From: Felis catus
Taxonomy: Eukaryota
Direction of reading: 5' to 3'
NCBI RefSeq assembly: GCF_018350175.1
Contig: NC_058368.1
Location: forward strand, 216,382,001 to 216,446,000
DNA length: 64,000 nucleotides
Of the stretch, positions 1-13,656 are shown one piece after another; the stretch's first letter is position 1; every line of letters begins with the position of its first letter. The notes under the pieces were generated by a model. It saw only the letters and a program-made list of their open reading frames with translations, searched no databases and had not been told where the DNA came from. The translations under genes were made by a program, and so were the position numbers.

Positions 1-874
1 AAGGGAGTATATAAGAACGTAATTATTTGCCCTATTGCAGTGCTGAATGAGTCTGTTGAATAAACACCCAACCAAAAAATAACCACCGTGATCTGATAGA
101 AAGCTTTGATGTAGAGAGACTTGTGAGAAACAATCTTCTGATAAAAACATAAGGACAATGAACCCTGGCCTTGAGGTGGTATTCACTCACATCTCAATAT
201 AATTCATTGTGTTTTAGGATGTTTTATTTTACAGGATAAAAGTAAAAGTCTTGTGAACATGTGCAGTCATTAAGAAGAGGCTGGTTGTTATTTTGGAGGA
301 AGCTGTTTGATCTTTGTCCTCTCATTAACCTCTTTTCGTATTTACTTTCTTGTGCTGCAACTGATGGTTTTATAATTTATTTTCCACTCCCTTTTATCTG
401 GCCACTTGAGTAAAAATTAGGTCAGGGAAGACAGTTAAGCTTTTGATGTTGCTATAATAGGATAGAGTTTGACAGGTGAAAAAACCAAGGGAGGTCTAAT
501 TCAAATTCATAGTGTATCTGACTAAAGCAAAATATAGGTCTCGCAAAGAAGAATTCAAACTACTAACTAAATATCTTGGCAATGCATATGTTAGGCTATG
601 ATTGAAAATGCAAATGTCCTGAAGGAATTAGTTCATCAGTATGTACTTGTTTTGCATACTGGTCAATCCATTTGATCCAATTTGTAGGATAAATTTTTGA
701 GAAATAACATTAAAATGATACAGGTCCAAAAATACACCAGAATTTAAATGTACTTAAGGAGTGCAAGATTCTTAAAATCATCTTCTTTCTAGTCAATGAT
801 AAGAGTTATGACATATATATCTGAATAATTATTTTCATTTTTCCCTAATTAATGGCACATATACCAATGAGATA

Positions 875-1410
875 TATTAGTTTTAGCTGTAAAAAGTGAT
901 GCATACATTTCAATGGTTTACCAAAAGAGCAACTGTTTTATTTTTCTCCACAAATCTGTTGGTCACTGGGCACCATTGGCAATCAGACTTAGTTTTGAAG
1001 GACCTCAGCTGGGTGCATTCATGTGTGTGTGGTAACACGATGGGTTAGTTAGGACTGTCTTGTCTTCAGTGGATTCACTCACATATCTTAGTGGTTGCTT
1101 TGTTGTTAGCTGGTGGGATCAAGTAGCTGGGTGTTGCATTTCTTACCCAATGATTCTAGCAGGCTAGCTTGGATTACTATTCCTGAAGCAATAAAGTTCT
1201 AAGAAGTCTAGCAGAAGTGTTCAAAGTTTCTCAATGCCCAACTTGAGAATTGGCACACTGCCATATTGGCCATAATCTAAAGGTCAAAGTAAGTCATAAA
1301 ACCAGAGCATATACAAGGAATAGGGAAAATAATCTTCTCTTGATGAGAGGAATTTCAAAGGTAAATTACAAGGAAGCGTGGATACAAGGAGGGCAATCAC
1401 TGCATAATTA
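875..1410 (-). mobile_element. Old MaLR solo LTR (MLT1-like), degenerate
   Basis: Resembles the reverse complement of MLT1 (ctcagctggg...ttcactcacatatct...ggaattggcacactgcca...tattggcc...aagtaagtcataa). Boundaries are approximate. Confidence 0.5.
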
Positions 1411-1555
1411 TGTGTATGGGCATGTTTTGTGCATTTGTATAAGGGTGAGCATGTGTGACATCATTTTCTGGAAATAAGGAGGTAAGTGTGTAAGATGGGA
1501 TGGCAACAAAGCCTTCTCCTCTTTTGTTAGCATACAACTTTGAGCTTTGATTATT

Positions 1556-1777
1556 TTTTTTTTAATTTTTTTTTCAACGTTTATTTATTTTTGGGACAGA
1601 GAGAGACAGAGCATGAATGGGGGAGGGGCAGAGAGAGAGGGAGACACAGAATCAGAAACAGGCTCCAGGCTCTGAGCCATCAGCCCAGAGCCCGACGCGG
1701 GGCTCGAACTCACGGACCGCGAGATCGTGACCTGGCTGAAGTCGGACGCTTAACCGGCTGCGCCACCCAGGCGCCCC
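1556..1777 (-). mobile_element. Young felid CAN-SINE (SINEC_Fc type)
   Basis: Reverse complement of ggggcgcctgggtggcgcag...ggtcacgatctcgcggtccgtgagttcgagcc, with (CT)n and an A-tail. Perfect 15-bp TSD tgagctttgattatt at 1541-1555 and 1778-1792. Confidence 0.97.
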
Positions 1778-2069
1778 TGAGCTTTGATTATTAATGTCCC
1801 AGTATGTACAGGCAGAATCTAAAGGCCATGATGTCCAAAATTCACGAACAAAAAATATTAACAGAGATCGGTCAAGATAAAGATCTACCATCATAGAAAT
1901 CATCAGTCTGGGGATTTTGATATCTCTAAATGGTGGATATTTTGAGAAAGCAGAAGATAAGCTAAAGGGTATGACATTTTGATATTTGTTATAATTTGCA
2001 AATTTATGAGACTTCATTCAAGTCTCACTCAGAGTCAGGCCTCAGCAGTAGGTAGAAAGAGTGTAAAAA

Positions 2070-2528
2070 CTGTGCCATTTCTCCAACCTTCTTGTATGCA
2101 CGTGTTTTACAACGTGACCCTTCAAGCTTCCACTTTAAAGCAGTGGAGTCTATTTTTCTACCCATTGAATCTGGACTGGCCTTGTGACATTTTCAGTCCA
2201 GTAGGATAACACGTGTTATACAATGTCAATACTGAGTCCAGCACTCAAAAGGTTACACACACTTGCCCTCTCAGGACATCTGCCCCCCTCTGGGTGAACA
2301 GCAAGCTGGCCTGCTGGAAGATGGGAGGTCACTGGGATCTGAGCCAGGTCTCCCCAGCTTTCCCACGTGAGGTCCAAAACTAATGGAAGAGCCACACTAA
2401 TATTAGCACAGCTGACCGCTGATGCATAAAGAATCCCAGTCAGGTCATAGAATTGCGAGTTAAGTAAAGGTGTTTTAAGGAACTAGTTTTGGGGTAGATT
2501 TTATGAGCAGCAATAGGTAACAGATGCA
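2070..2528 (+). mobile_element. MaLR solo LTR (MLT1F/G-like)
   Basis: Motif gtggagtctatttttctacccattgaatctggactggccttgtgac and 3' end ttttggggtag...gcagcaataggtaacagatgca. Confidence 0.7.
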
Positions 2529-5234
2529 GTAAGGGACATTGGTTCACTCCAAATTATCTTCAAAAGTTATACCAATCAAATCATCTCTTTATATCCTCTA
2601 GGGTCTACAAGATGGAGTGATAAAATATTATGATAAAATGAATAAAAATACAGTCTCTTAATTATATGTTTATAGATGGGAAATTTTTAAGAAACAGAGC
2701 CTAAAGGAATATTTTTACAGAAGGGATTGCTAATGAGCTGACACACATTAATTAAATAAAAATGGCCAAGCCTTGTGTGACTTTGTGAGGAATATAATGA
2801 AAATATACTTGATGATTCTATTTTCTGGCACATACATAAAAGATATGTAAAATATGGTTGTCAAATTAATTTTATGCAAGGCAGTATGTCTTCTGAATTC
2901 TTACCAATATTAATTAAGACCTCTAACATTAATTATATTTTAATTACAATAAACTTGTGATCCTTACATCACCATTTAGGGCTTGGGAAGAGTTCTTTGT
3001 AAAATATAGTTTTTGTTATACAACATGGTTCTTTTTGTTATTAAAATAAGCAACTTATTGGAATTTTTTACAAAATGATGAGAATTACCTTGTGACACAG
3101 ATTTAACATAATATGTTGGTTGTTTTTAAATAGGGAAAACATACTATAGATACTAACAAACTAAGAAAAGAGGATATCAAATTTGAACAATTTTTGTTAA
3201 AATATGTATTATTGATATATACCTAGTCTTACCTTGTATTTCAAGGAAAAGTCTATTTCTAACCATTTACAACTTATACTAGGGTTCTCACACTCAGTTG
3301 TAGCTGACTAGAAGCGAGGAAAAGGCCATGTTAGGGAATAGTAACCATCTATGGGCAAATCTTAGTTTTAAAGATTGAATTGAATATATTAGGCACATTT
3401 GAATTTGTCTGTACCTTTGAATCCTAATCAATCATTTGATATTGTTACCTCGCTCCAGGATTCCTTCCAACTCATAAATATTTCATATGTATCTTTTTCC
3501 AGCTTTGGCAGAGAGAATTTAGGTAATCCGAGATGTGTCGCATAGTATAAGCACTTATGTGAATTCACAAACTCCTCTCAATTTATGGCCAAAACAACAC
3601 CAAATACGGTGGGTCTGGCTAAGAGCCAATGTATACTATTCACAGTTCTGTCACTGACATCGCTCCCTTGGCCTTTCTGAATGACAGTCCCCTTGTTCCT
3701 TGTACCATGGGAAATTTAATAAAAGCCAGTCACATCTAATTTTCCCTCTTGGAAAATTTGTTAGGAACATTGAACAAGATGGAGTGTCTATAAAGAGCCA
3801 GGAAGAACACAGTGAATGAAATCATGTTCAAGTGACTTACATAATGTGGGAAAGATAAGAAAATTTATGGGATTAATATTCATATGTCAAACTTATTTTA
3901 TTAGTGCACATACAGAGCAATACATAGAACTCCTTTAAGCAAAGGTCACACACAGATAATTGGCTCGTATCTTAATATCAATTTCACTAAATATGTTTTT
4001 ATATCTTCCATTATTCAGTATTTTTCTTAGATACAAGCATGCCTCTGTCTTTTTTTACTGGAACAGGAAAGTTTACAATTATAAAATAAGGGTAAAATAA
4101 CTGAAAACAGCAGAACTGTTGGTAATTTTAAAGTGGTTTCAGATATGTAGGACTAAAGTAACTATGAGATGGAACTCAGATATAACCGAGTTTAGGGACC
4201 TAAGCACCATTAGAAGTCATTGCTGCCTCATTTCTGGCTTCTATCTACATATCGGTTCCTGATTTTCATCTGAATTTCCTAGTGCAGACACAATTATATA
4301 CATATCATACACCTCACATATTTAAAACTTCCAACCAAGAAGGCACGTCTTGTCGTGTATACCGTCTTTCCTGGGTAAACACCTATTTCTGTGTAATCAC
4401 CATGCCTTGGCTCTAGCAGGCAGAAAATGTTGTAATGAATTTGTCCATTCCAAAAAACATGATTAAAATGGAAGGGGAGGCCAGTTTCCCCCAAAAAGGA
4501 TTAGTCGAAATAATAAATTTATTCAATGAATATAAATACAACAAGGGTGGAAAGAATAGCAAATTATAAATAAATACTCAAAAATTAATTCAGAAACAGC
4601 TCACACTTGTCATGTCAATCTGATTTTTATTTGAACCATAGAGTTGTGCATGAAATAGTTAAATCTCCTTAAGTTAAGTAGGCTACAGTGAAAACTCACT
4701 GAATGGAGAATCAGGGAATCTGATGTCTAGTTTTAATTCTTTACGAACATTTTTGGCTAACGATAAAGTCTTTGCGTATCTTGGAGCTGGGCACCTTCAC
4801 TTCTCAAGTGGAGACTTTGATTTGATCAAATATTCTGAACAAAGTGGGAACGGGGGGCTATTATCTCCTCTGCCTTATCTCTCTTCACATCTTCCCACAT
4901 CTTGCGTTGCCTTCAAAGAGCATCATCTGGTGTTCAGGACCAGATTAAAAAGCGTCAGGTGATATTATCTATAGATCTAAGTATATTACCAAATCCTCTT
5001 TACTATTGCATCAAACTATTGTAATGACAGAATTAGAGAACTACGGAAGACCAAGTAAAATGGAAAATTTAAAACAATTGAATGCATATTTATTATACAA
5101 TTTATGACACCAACAATGTTTGCTATTAAAGAAAAAAAGCCAAATATGTAAGAAAATTCCCCATATATTTCCCTTTTTATGTAGTGATATCTACTAAGAA
5201 GCCGTTTCCTTTGTTGTTGTTGTTGTTGTTTTTT

Positions 5235-7135
5235 AACACATAGCAGCTTTGTTGAGAAAGTCACGGACTATACAATTTATTCATTTAAAGAGTACAATTC
5301 AATGGATTTTAGTATATTCAGGCTTGGGTAACCATTACCAGTATCAATTTTAGATAATCTATCATCTTAAAATCACTTAGCAATCACTTATCATTAACCT
5401 CCCCCAGCCCCCCAGCCCTTGGAAACCACTAATCTACCTTCTATCTCTCTAAATTTGTCTATTCTGGGCATTTTATATAAATTAAATCATATAATGTGTG
5501 GCTGGCTTCTTTCACATTTTTAGTTCAGGTTTTAGTGACGGGCTTTGTTTACTTAGCATAATGTTTCTGGTTCATCCACGTTTTATCACACATTAATACT
5601 TCATTTCTTTATGTTGTCAAATAATACTCCACTTTATAGAATAGATATACAATGTATTTATCTATTAATCAATAGATGGACATTGGGTTGCTTCCACTTT
5701 TTGACTACTATGAATATATTGTTATGCACTTTTGCGTTTTCATTTCTTTTGTGTGTATACCGTGGAGTGCAACTACTGGGTCATACCATAACCCTATTTT
5801 TGATATTTTGAGGCACTGTCAAGATGCTTTTTAAGTGGCTGCACTACTTTATATTCTAAGCAGCAATATATAAATGTTCATATTTTTTCACATCCTCATC
5901 AACACTTGTTATAATCTTTCTTGTGGATTATAGTTATCTTATTGGGCATGAAATGGGATCGCATGACTGGTGCTATTTAAAAAAAATAATGTTTATTTAT
6001 TTTTGAGAGAGAGACTGAGTGTGAGTGGGGGGAGGGGCAGAGAGAGGGAGACACAGAATCTGAGGCAGGTCCAGGCTCTGAGCTGTCAGGACATAGCCCA
6101 TCGCGGGGCTCGAACTCACCAACCGTAAGATCATGACCTGAGGGGAATTGGGACGCTTAACTGACTGATACTCCAGGCACCCCAACTTGTGCTTTTGATT
6201 TACGTTTCCTGTTGAATAATGACATTGAACAGTTTTGCATGTGTTTATTGTTTTTTTTGTGTAATTTTTTGGGTAACATGTATATTCAAATTGTCCACTT
6301 TTGAACTACATGATCAGTTTTTAAAAAATAATTGAGTTGTAATAGTTCTTAATATATTCTAGATAAAAACTCCTTATCAGTATATGATCTGAAACACATC
6401 TCCTGTTGTGTGCTATTGTTTCACTTTCTTAAAGGTATGTCTTCAGTCACAAAATTTTTAAATTTAATGATGTCCTGTTCATCTATTTTTTTTCTTTTGT
6501 TATGTTTTTGGTGTCATATCTAGGAAGATTTGCTTAAATCAAGGTCATGAGAATTACTCCTATATTTTTGTCTAAGGGTTTGATAGTTTTAGCTCTGACT
6601 TAATATTAAGTCTTCTGATCCATGGTCATAGGATGGTAACCATTTACATAGGTCTTTAATTTCCTTTATAACTGATTTTGCCATTCTCATAGTATACATT
6701 TGCACTTTAAAAAAAGTATGCCAAACTATATTATTGTAATATTATTAGAACATGAATTATTTATATAATTTTATTTTAAGATAATTTATTGATGGTTTAT
6801 GTAAATAATGTTTATTTTTATACATTAGTCTTGTACTCTATAAGCTTCCTTTACTTATTAGTTCTAATGTTGTTTTTAGTGTATTCTTTGGATATATAAT
6901 TTTTTTTCCTCAACATACAGATGAGTTTGCTTCTTCTTTAATCTGAATGGATTTTATTTAATTTTCTTGCATAAATGCCTTAATTAGAACTTCTTGTAAA
7001 ACAATGAATAAAAGTAGTGAATAGATATTCCTTTCTTTTTTTGACCTTAGGAAGAAAGCACCTGGTCTTTTACCATTAAGTATGATGTTAGTTGTGGGTG
7101 TTTTGTAAATACTCTTTACCAATCTGAGGTTTATC
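5235..7135 (-). mobile_element. Old L1M 3' fragment(s), interrupted by a SINE
   Basis: Reverse-complement L1 3'UTR motifs (tacaattcaatggattttagtatattc; aaccactaatctac; gatggacattgggttgcttccac) and ORF2 remnant ccattaagtatgatgttag. Confidence 0.8.
5979..6183 (-). mobile_element. CAN-SINE nested in old L1
   Basis: gagagagggagacacagaatctgag...gggctcgaactcacc...ccaggcacccc. The TSD is degenerate. Confidence 0.92.
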
Positions 7136-8180
7136 CTAGACTATGTTTTTTATATGGTATGGTTTTCAATTTTTATCATAAATTGCCAATATTTTCCCAA
7201 TTTTTTATATGACATTTAATTTTACTTGTAGTTTTCATTAAAGTACAGAAATCAAGACAGTTTATTTTCTGTTTAAAACTAAAATATAAACGTACTGCTT
7301 ATATTTTTCCATTTGTATAGATGATCTTGACATTTGGATTTAATTTTATTATATTTATCAATTACATGATTTTAAACTGGATTTTTATATCAGTTGGATT
7401 TTATATTAGCTAGATTTAAATTGGATTTTTATATTCACATTCAAATAACTGGTTCTCTTATAGGATGGCATCCTCCTCATTGATAGATTAATAATGATAA
7501 TTTTTATTGTTTTCAATAAGGGAAAATGGATGACCCTTATTTCTTACTATTAAGGTTTGTATTTTGTTCTAGTCATATTCCTGTTTTGCACTTAAATAAT
7601 TAGTGCATTACTACTTTAATAATTATGTGTATACATAAATGTTATATGCAGTTTTTCCAATAAGAAATCATTTTAAAAGGTAAGTTTCTGTTAGAAACAA
7701 ATGGTGACTAATGTAATTCATTCATCAGTCTGAGAAATGGGGTGTTATTAAACTTAATTTTTTTAATATAGATTTATTCTTACTCAGAAATACTTTCATA
7801 TCACTAACTGAGAAATATAAATATTCAAGAGGGACAAAAAATTACACAGGTCTTAGAAGCTGTGTCAAACATGCAACATTTTAAAAGTGACGTTTAAAAA
7901 TTGTAATTTGGCCCTTAGAAGTAATTTACTAATAATTATTACAAATGGGACACAAGTTTGCCATATATTATTCTTTAGATTCTTGTTTTACAGATTTAAC
8001 CTTGTCTTTATAAGATACAGTCTGAGAGAATAAATACAAATAAATAGCTATCCTAATATTTATAATTAAATATTATAGCAGGAATAAAAGTAGAACTATA
8101 TTTATAATCTTAGAGGCCTATAGCAGCAATCTCTACTTCAATGTGTTCAAACTATTTGATGTTTAAATTATTTTATCAAG

Positions 8181-8399
8181 GGGGGCACCTAGGAGGCTCA
8201 GTTGGTTAAGCGTCCGACTTCGGCTCAGGTCATGATCTCACGGTTTGTGAGTTCGAGCCCCAGCGTTGGGCTCTGTGGTGACAGCTCAGAGCCTGGAGCC
8301 TGCTTCGGATTCTGTGTCTCCCTCTCTCTCTGCCCCTCCCCTGCTCACGTTCTGTCTCTCTGTCTCAAAATATAAAATAAAACTTAAAAAAATTTTTTT
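8181..8399 (+). mobile_element. CAN-SINE
   Basis: gggggcacctaggaggctcagttggttaagcgtccgacttcggctcagg..., B box gagttcgagcc, A-tail. Imperfect TSD aattatttyatcmag. Confidence 0.95.
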
Positions 8400-11300
8400 A
8401 ATTATTTCATCCAGGAATGTAATTTAGTTTACATTTTTTACCCCTTTGCCCATGCTCAAAAATTTTAATATCTATAATATTTTAATATTGCCATAAAAAT
8501 TTGTAAACATTTTAAATCATTTTTAATATTTTACCTTGTTTTGTAGTTTATTAAAAGAAATAATATTTTAAAAAGATCACGCTCTTACTAGTTTTTCTTC
8601 CAATTTTAATGATCATATCTTGTCTTCATGGTCAATGCTATCCTAGTAAACCTCTAGTGCACAGGGAGTACAGTGAGTTTCGGGTTTTTATGTGAATAGG
8701 CAATATTTTGCCATGTTAATAACTGAAACTGAAGAATTAACGGTATTTTTATTTTGTAAAATCTAATGAGTTAATGGCATTGCAGTCCTTATATTTATCT
8801 TCCTTTGTGCTTAATGGATATTTTTAAGGCTAATTACCACTTTTCTATATTTAGTGAGAAGAGGCACGTATGAAGAGAAAAGCACAATGTGATATTTATG
8901 AGATGTCAGTACACTGCAAATAGAGAAATTCTCTAATTATCTCAGAAATATTCATGAAAATTTCAATGCCTTTCTAAGGATTCGGATTAACTGAGCAAAA
9001 GCTGATTACTCTTGCCATAAATTAATATTTGAGAGGGTTGAATTTTACCTTAGTAGCAACGCAACATCAACTTCAGCATAATGTCCTACAAGGGACTTTT
9101 TACTCTTAGTTATTATTTTAATCGATAGTTGCTTCTCAAATAATTGCTAACAAGAAGGTTGGAAGAGAGGTCTCTGGGTACACAATGTTTTTGTTAAAAC
9201 ATTGCAGTATGATGGTTGACCATATTATCAAAAGTGTGAGCATTGAATTTGTATCAGTCAAATACTGCCTTGACGCACGCAAAGCTCCAGGGAGCAGAGT
9301 GGATTATACTGAGTGTCTTGGGCCCCAGTTCTTGTTCACAGTCCATAATATAAGGTGGCATTTTCTGCAGAAAAGCAAAGTTATACTAATACGTTGTAAA
9401 CCCCATGTTTTTGAAGTAGTTTCAAATTTTGGCAGACTGACGTCATTAGTACAGTCTCTTAAATGACATGATAACTGAAATTTTCATCTTTTATAATATT
9501 TATTTGTGATCAGGCTATGTTTGTGAAAGTTTAGAGCTTCTTTGTTGACTTATACGTTTATGAGTTATAAGGTATCCAATTTTTCTTCTAAGTTTATAAT
9601 TTTTCTTCAAGGTAAATAATGACAGAGAGTGGCTACTGTCCTATGCATATAAAATTAATGTCCCTTTTTTCCTGCCTTCTGCTGGAATTTGTTGGCATGC
9701 ATTTTTAACTCCAGAAGACAGACAAATTGAAAGCAAGCACTTCTCCCCCATCTTTCAGTATGCCTAGGTAAGGTTACTTACTACCTGGGCCAGCAGGGAA
9801 TGGTCCTCTAGAGGCATCCCTGAAGAAATTTGAGAAGTAATTTTCCAAGGCTGGAGTTTCATTACCATAAAGAATTTCTGATGGGAGCCTGATATAGAAG
9901 ATAAAGTATGAGGTAAGGCTAAAATAGCGGATTGTAAAATTTCAAAAAAATGGTGATCAGGCTTGAAAATTCCCTGAGCCGACACAACCAATTTAGTTAC
10001 ACAAACAAAGCTTAGTTTAGCTTCTTTTGAAGGACTAACTTGCCCTGGGTCATTTCTCGTCCATACTTCTGGAAATCGTAAGCACAACACACGTTTCCTA
10101 GGGATGATATGATGTAACTACTGACCAATTCTTTATTATTTAAAAAAATTTAACGAGTCACTCTGAAGAGTAAGTAGTCACTGCCTTCCCACCATATAAG
10201 CTGCTTTATAATAATAGACCCTGAGCCTCATTCCATATTTAGGTTTGAGCACTGCTTGTTAGAAACTGTCTCTTTTGATGCGTACATGATAAACTTTTAC
10301 GAATTCCCACTTTAATGATTCATTGCTTTTACTTCTGTTACTTCTGAACTTTTAACTGAGTTTACAGGATAATGCGATGAGATGCCAACTTTGGAACACA
10401 ATGGAAACAAAGTCATTGTATGAACGGAAGAGGGATCAGGAAAAATTGCGAAGACAAGTTCAGGCAGAGACAAAAAGGGAGGAGTTGGGGTCAATCCAGG
10501 AAAACTCTCTGGACTTTCATGTGGTGTCTTTGCCCTACTGATTGATAAGGTCTCAGTGGAGCCATTCCTTTTTTGAAAGTGAAGTTCCATCATGGCTTCC
10601 CGGAACCACCCCATCCACAGTGACTTTATACTCTGATTCAGCTACCAGAGCACAGAGGCTGCAGTCCATTGTCCGTTCCCTGATCATTTGCTCCTTTACC
10701 TCCACATTCTACTATACTTCTCCCTCTCACTTTTCTTCCGATTCTTAGCTTTAGGCTCAAAGACATTGTCCCAGAGATATCATCAGTCAATAAGAGTGTT
10801 CTTTTTCTCTCCACTTAATGAACCAATGAATCACTTCATGGCAGGTTTCAGTTGTTCCAGCTTGGATTGTTAATACTATGTCAAGATCTACCTCTTTACC
10901 AAAGTGCTCCTGTTGTATGATCTCTGTCAGTCGCTAAACTCAGAAGCGGATATTCATCTCGACTCCATTGTCTGGTCTCTTGGTAGTTCAAGTTCTTCTG
11001 TAGTTTGCCTATTGTGAATCATGCTAAATACTGTATCATGGATCTATGCGGCATGCACAGAGCATGCAGTAAGTCTTATTTGTTATGATGAAGAGATGAA
11101 TTTAAATAAGGTTACATTGCACTGAATCACAACATTAACCGCAGCTCAGGGAGCCAAAAACATGGTGATCAGAGATACGCTGATGGGTTACCAGCGTATA
11201 AATTATGACAATGCAAAATGCATGCTTGAAACTAGAAAATAACAGCAGAACAAGCATAATCATAACCGAATCACAAAAGAGAATGTGGTTTAAGTTTAAA

Positions 11301-11449
11301 ATAAATTTTAAATTTAAAACACTGTAAATTCAAGTTATAGAGCTTCAAAACAGCTGTAGTTATCTGAGGTACTTAGCAAATGTATATCCGTGGGAACATC
11401 TGTTAGTTTCCATTTAGCTCTATTGTATGGCTTCTCTTAGGACATAAAT

Positions 11450-11625
11450 GAGAGTGGCCTTTGGGGTGAGATAGACCTGGATTTGGAACTTGATTCTGCT
11501 GCCTACCAGCTCCATCACTTGGATAATAAATTAACCTCCCTAAATTAACTGTCAAACGGAAAATGAGATTGTCATACCTACATGTATGTGAACAACAGAA
11601 ACTAAGTTTTGGGGATTTTTGCAGA
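11450..11625 (+). mobile_element. MIR fragment
   Basis: agacctggatttggaacttgattctgctgcctaccagct...cttggataa...ttaacctccct...aaatgagat resembles the MIR core. Confidence 0.55.
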
Positions 11626-12019
11626 AAGTTAATTCGTCACAAGGACTTGGAGTTGTTTGGGTAAGCTGAACATTACTGAGCCAGGAACACCTCTCCAAAG
11701 CACAGGGCAGAATTAATCCGATTAGAATTTTAAGCCTGCTGTTGTCATACTGCTCGTGGCTGGACCACACACAGCGGCTGCTGCCGGGCCTGGAACCCGT
11801 GCTTGTCCTCTGGGACTGTTGCCACCACTACCTAAGGTCACGGTTTCTCATTTTTTTAACTAAAAGTAAAACCTGACCGTTGTTTGAAACAATGGGAATT
11901 CAAAGGGAGGTGACATGTGGGGCTTCTGAAGGTGAAAGTCTTTTTGACTGGACTTGAGAATCTTTTCATTCATAGCATTTTTTATTTCACTGTTACATCC
12001 CATAATTTGAAAATATATG

Positions 12020-12022
<3 letters not shown>

Positions 12023-12051
<29 letters not shown>
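12023..12051. repeat. (CA)n microsatellite
   Basis: Seen directly. Confidence 0.95.
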
Positions 12052-12054
<3 letters not shown>

Positions 12055-12328
12055 CTTTACCTATAAATTTCATATTGACGTTTTTCTGCTTTGTTTTTAT
12101 TCACTTTATAAAATTTAGCTTGAATTTATTATTTATGGGCAAAGCAAGAAGTGAAAAATTCAGAACATACTAATGGAATAATGGTTATGAAACATAGCTT
12201 TGCAAATCTTTAATGTTTTGAAATTATACTTTAGTTTGATTTTAAACTCACTCTTCTGAACCAATATATGATTTTTGTTGGGGCATCCTTTTATTATAGT
12301 GAGACCTTAAAAACAATATTAGTCCAAG

Positions 12329-12332
<4 letters not shown>

Positions 12333-12371
<39 letters not shown>
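12333..12371. repeat. (TA)n microsatellite
   Basis: Seen directly. Confidence 0.95.
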
Positions 12372-12374
<3 letters not shown>

Positions 12375-12906
12375 TATATATTCTGCAGGACATTTGTATA
12401 TCTAATGTTTTATTTTCTACATGTACCAGTTTGACTAATCATCATGAGCCTGGGCTTTAGAGGGACAACACTCTGTGTTGGATTCAGTGATCAGCAATTT
12501 AGCAGCTGTGTAACATTTTGAGGTCACATCGTCTCTCGGAGACCCAATATTTTTGCCTCTATAATGGAAGAATAGCATATACCTCCTATAGCAATGATTT
12601 AAACAATGTAGCTGAGTGAAAATATACTGGAGATTTTGTCAAAATTGTGCCTGAACCCAACTCCAAAGATTCCAATTTTGTAGATGAGGGATACTTACCT
12701 GAATTGGTGTTTTAACAAATGGTCTGCAGATCCTATTTAGACAAAACTGTCAGATTTTTTTAAAGAGGTTATTTCCATATACAGGCATTTAGAAAACTGT
12801 GTGAAAAACTCAGAAAATTGGTAAAAAACATTACTATAATAATCTACAAGTATTTGTATGTGTGTATTTATGTATGTGTATTTGCAAAAACTTGATTGTT
12901 ATTTTT

Positions 12907-13109
12907 GTTTAAGTTTATTTCTTTTTGAGAGAGACACAGAGAGAGTGAGCAGAGAAGGGGCAGAGAGAGAGAAAAAGAGGGAGTCTCAAGCAGGCTCCTT
13001 GCTGTCAGTGTGGATCCCGACACAAGGCTCAACTCACGAACCATGAGATCTTGACCTGAACTGAAGCCAAGAGTCGGACAGTTAACTGACTGGGCCACCA
13101 ACGCATGCC
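12907..13109 (-). mobile_element. Older CAN-SINE
   Basis: Reverse-complement SINE body with TSD-like tgattgt(t/g)attttt on both sides. Confidence 0.9.
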
Positions 13110-13436
13110 TGATTGTGATTTTTAATTAACACTATGTTCCTTCAAATTAACACTATTTTTTTTAAGATTTCATATAATTAGATATACAATTTATCATTTA
13201 ACTATTAGTAATTAGAAATTCAGATTTATTTTCACATTTATAAAATTGTCAGAAATGAAAGTACATATTTATGACTAGCTTCTCTTTGACAATTTTAGCC
13301 CTTATTTAAAAAAGGCTTATTTTAATCTCATGATTATAAGATGCTTGGAGAATTTCAACACCAATACAATAAATGAGTAATCCTGTATAGAATCCAAAGC
13401 TTGTGAGTCCAAGGTTAAACAAAAAATTGCAGATGA

Positions 13437-13656
13437 AGGGCTCCTGGTGGCTCCGTCGGTTAAGCATATGACTTCGCCTTGGGTCATGATCTCGCAGTTT
13501 GTGAGTTCAAGCCCTGTGTCAGGCTCTGTGCTGACAGCTCAGAACCTGGAGCCTGTTTTGGATTCTGTGTCTCCCTCTCTCTCTGCCCTTCCCCCATTCA
13601 TGCTCTGTCTCTGTCTCTCTCTCTCTCAAAAATAAATAAACGTTAAATTTTTTTTA
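13437..13656 (+). mobile_element. CAN-SINE
   Basis: SINE body and A-tail. TSD aaaaaattgcag(a/t)tga at 13421-13436 and 13657-13672. Confidence 0.95.

Noticed and set aside
10377..10541. 54-aa charged ORF (MRCQLWNTMETKSLYERKRDQEKLRRQ...) after an acceptor-like tttacag
   Set aside because: I recognise no homology or convincing donor site. It is short enough to arise by chance and may lie in an old LTR-like region.
11085..11199. C-box ATGATGA, CTGA and an 8-bp hairpin (atacgctg/cagcgtat) suggesting a C/D snoRNA
   Set aside because: There is no terminal stem around the C and D boxes and no recognisable rRNA guide. An Rfam cmscan would settle it.
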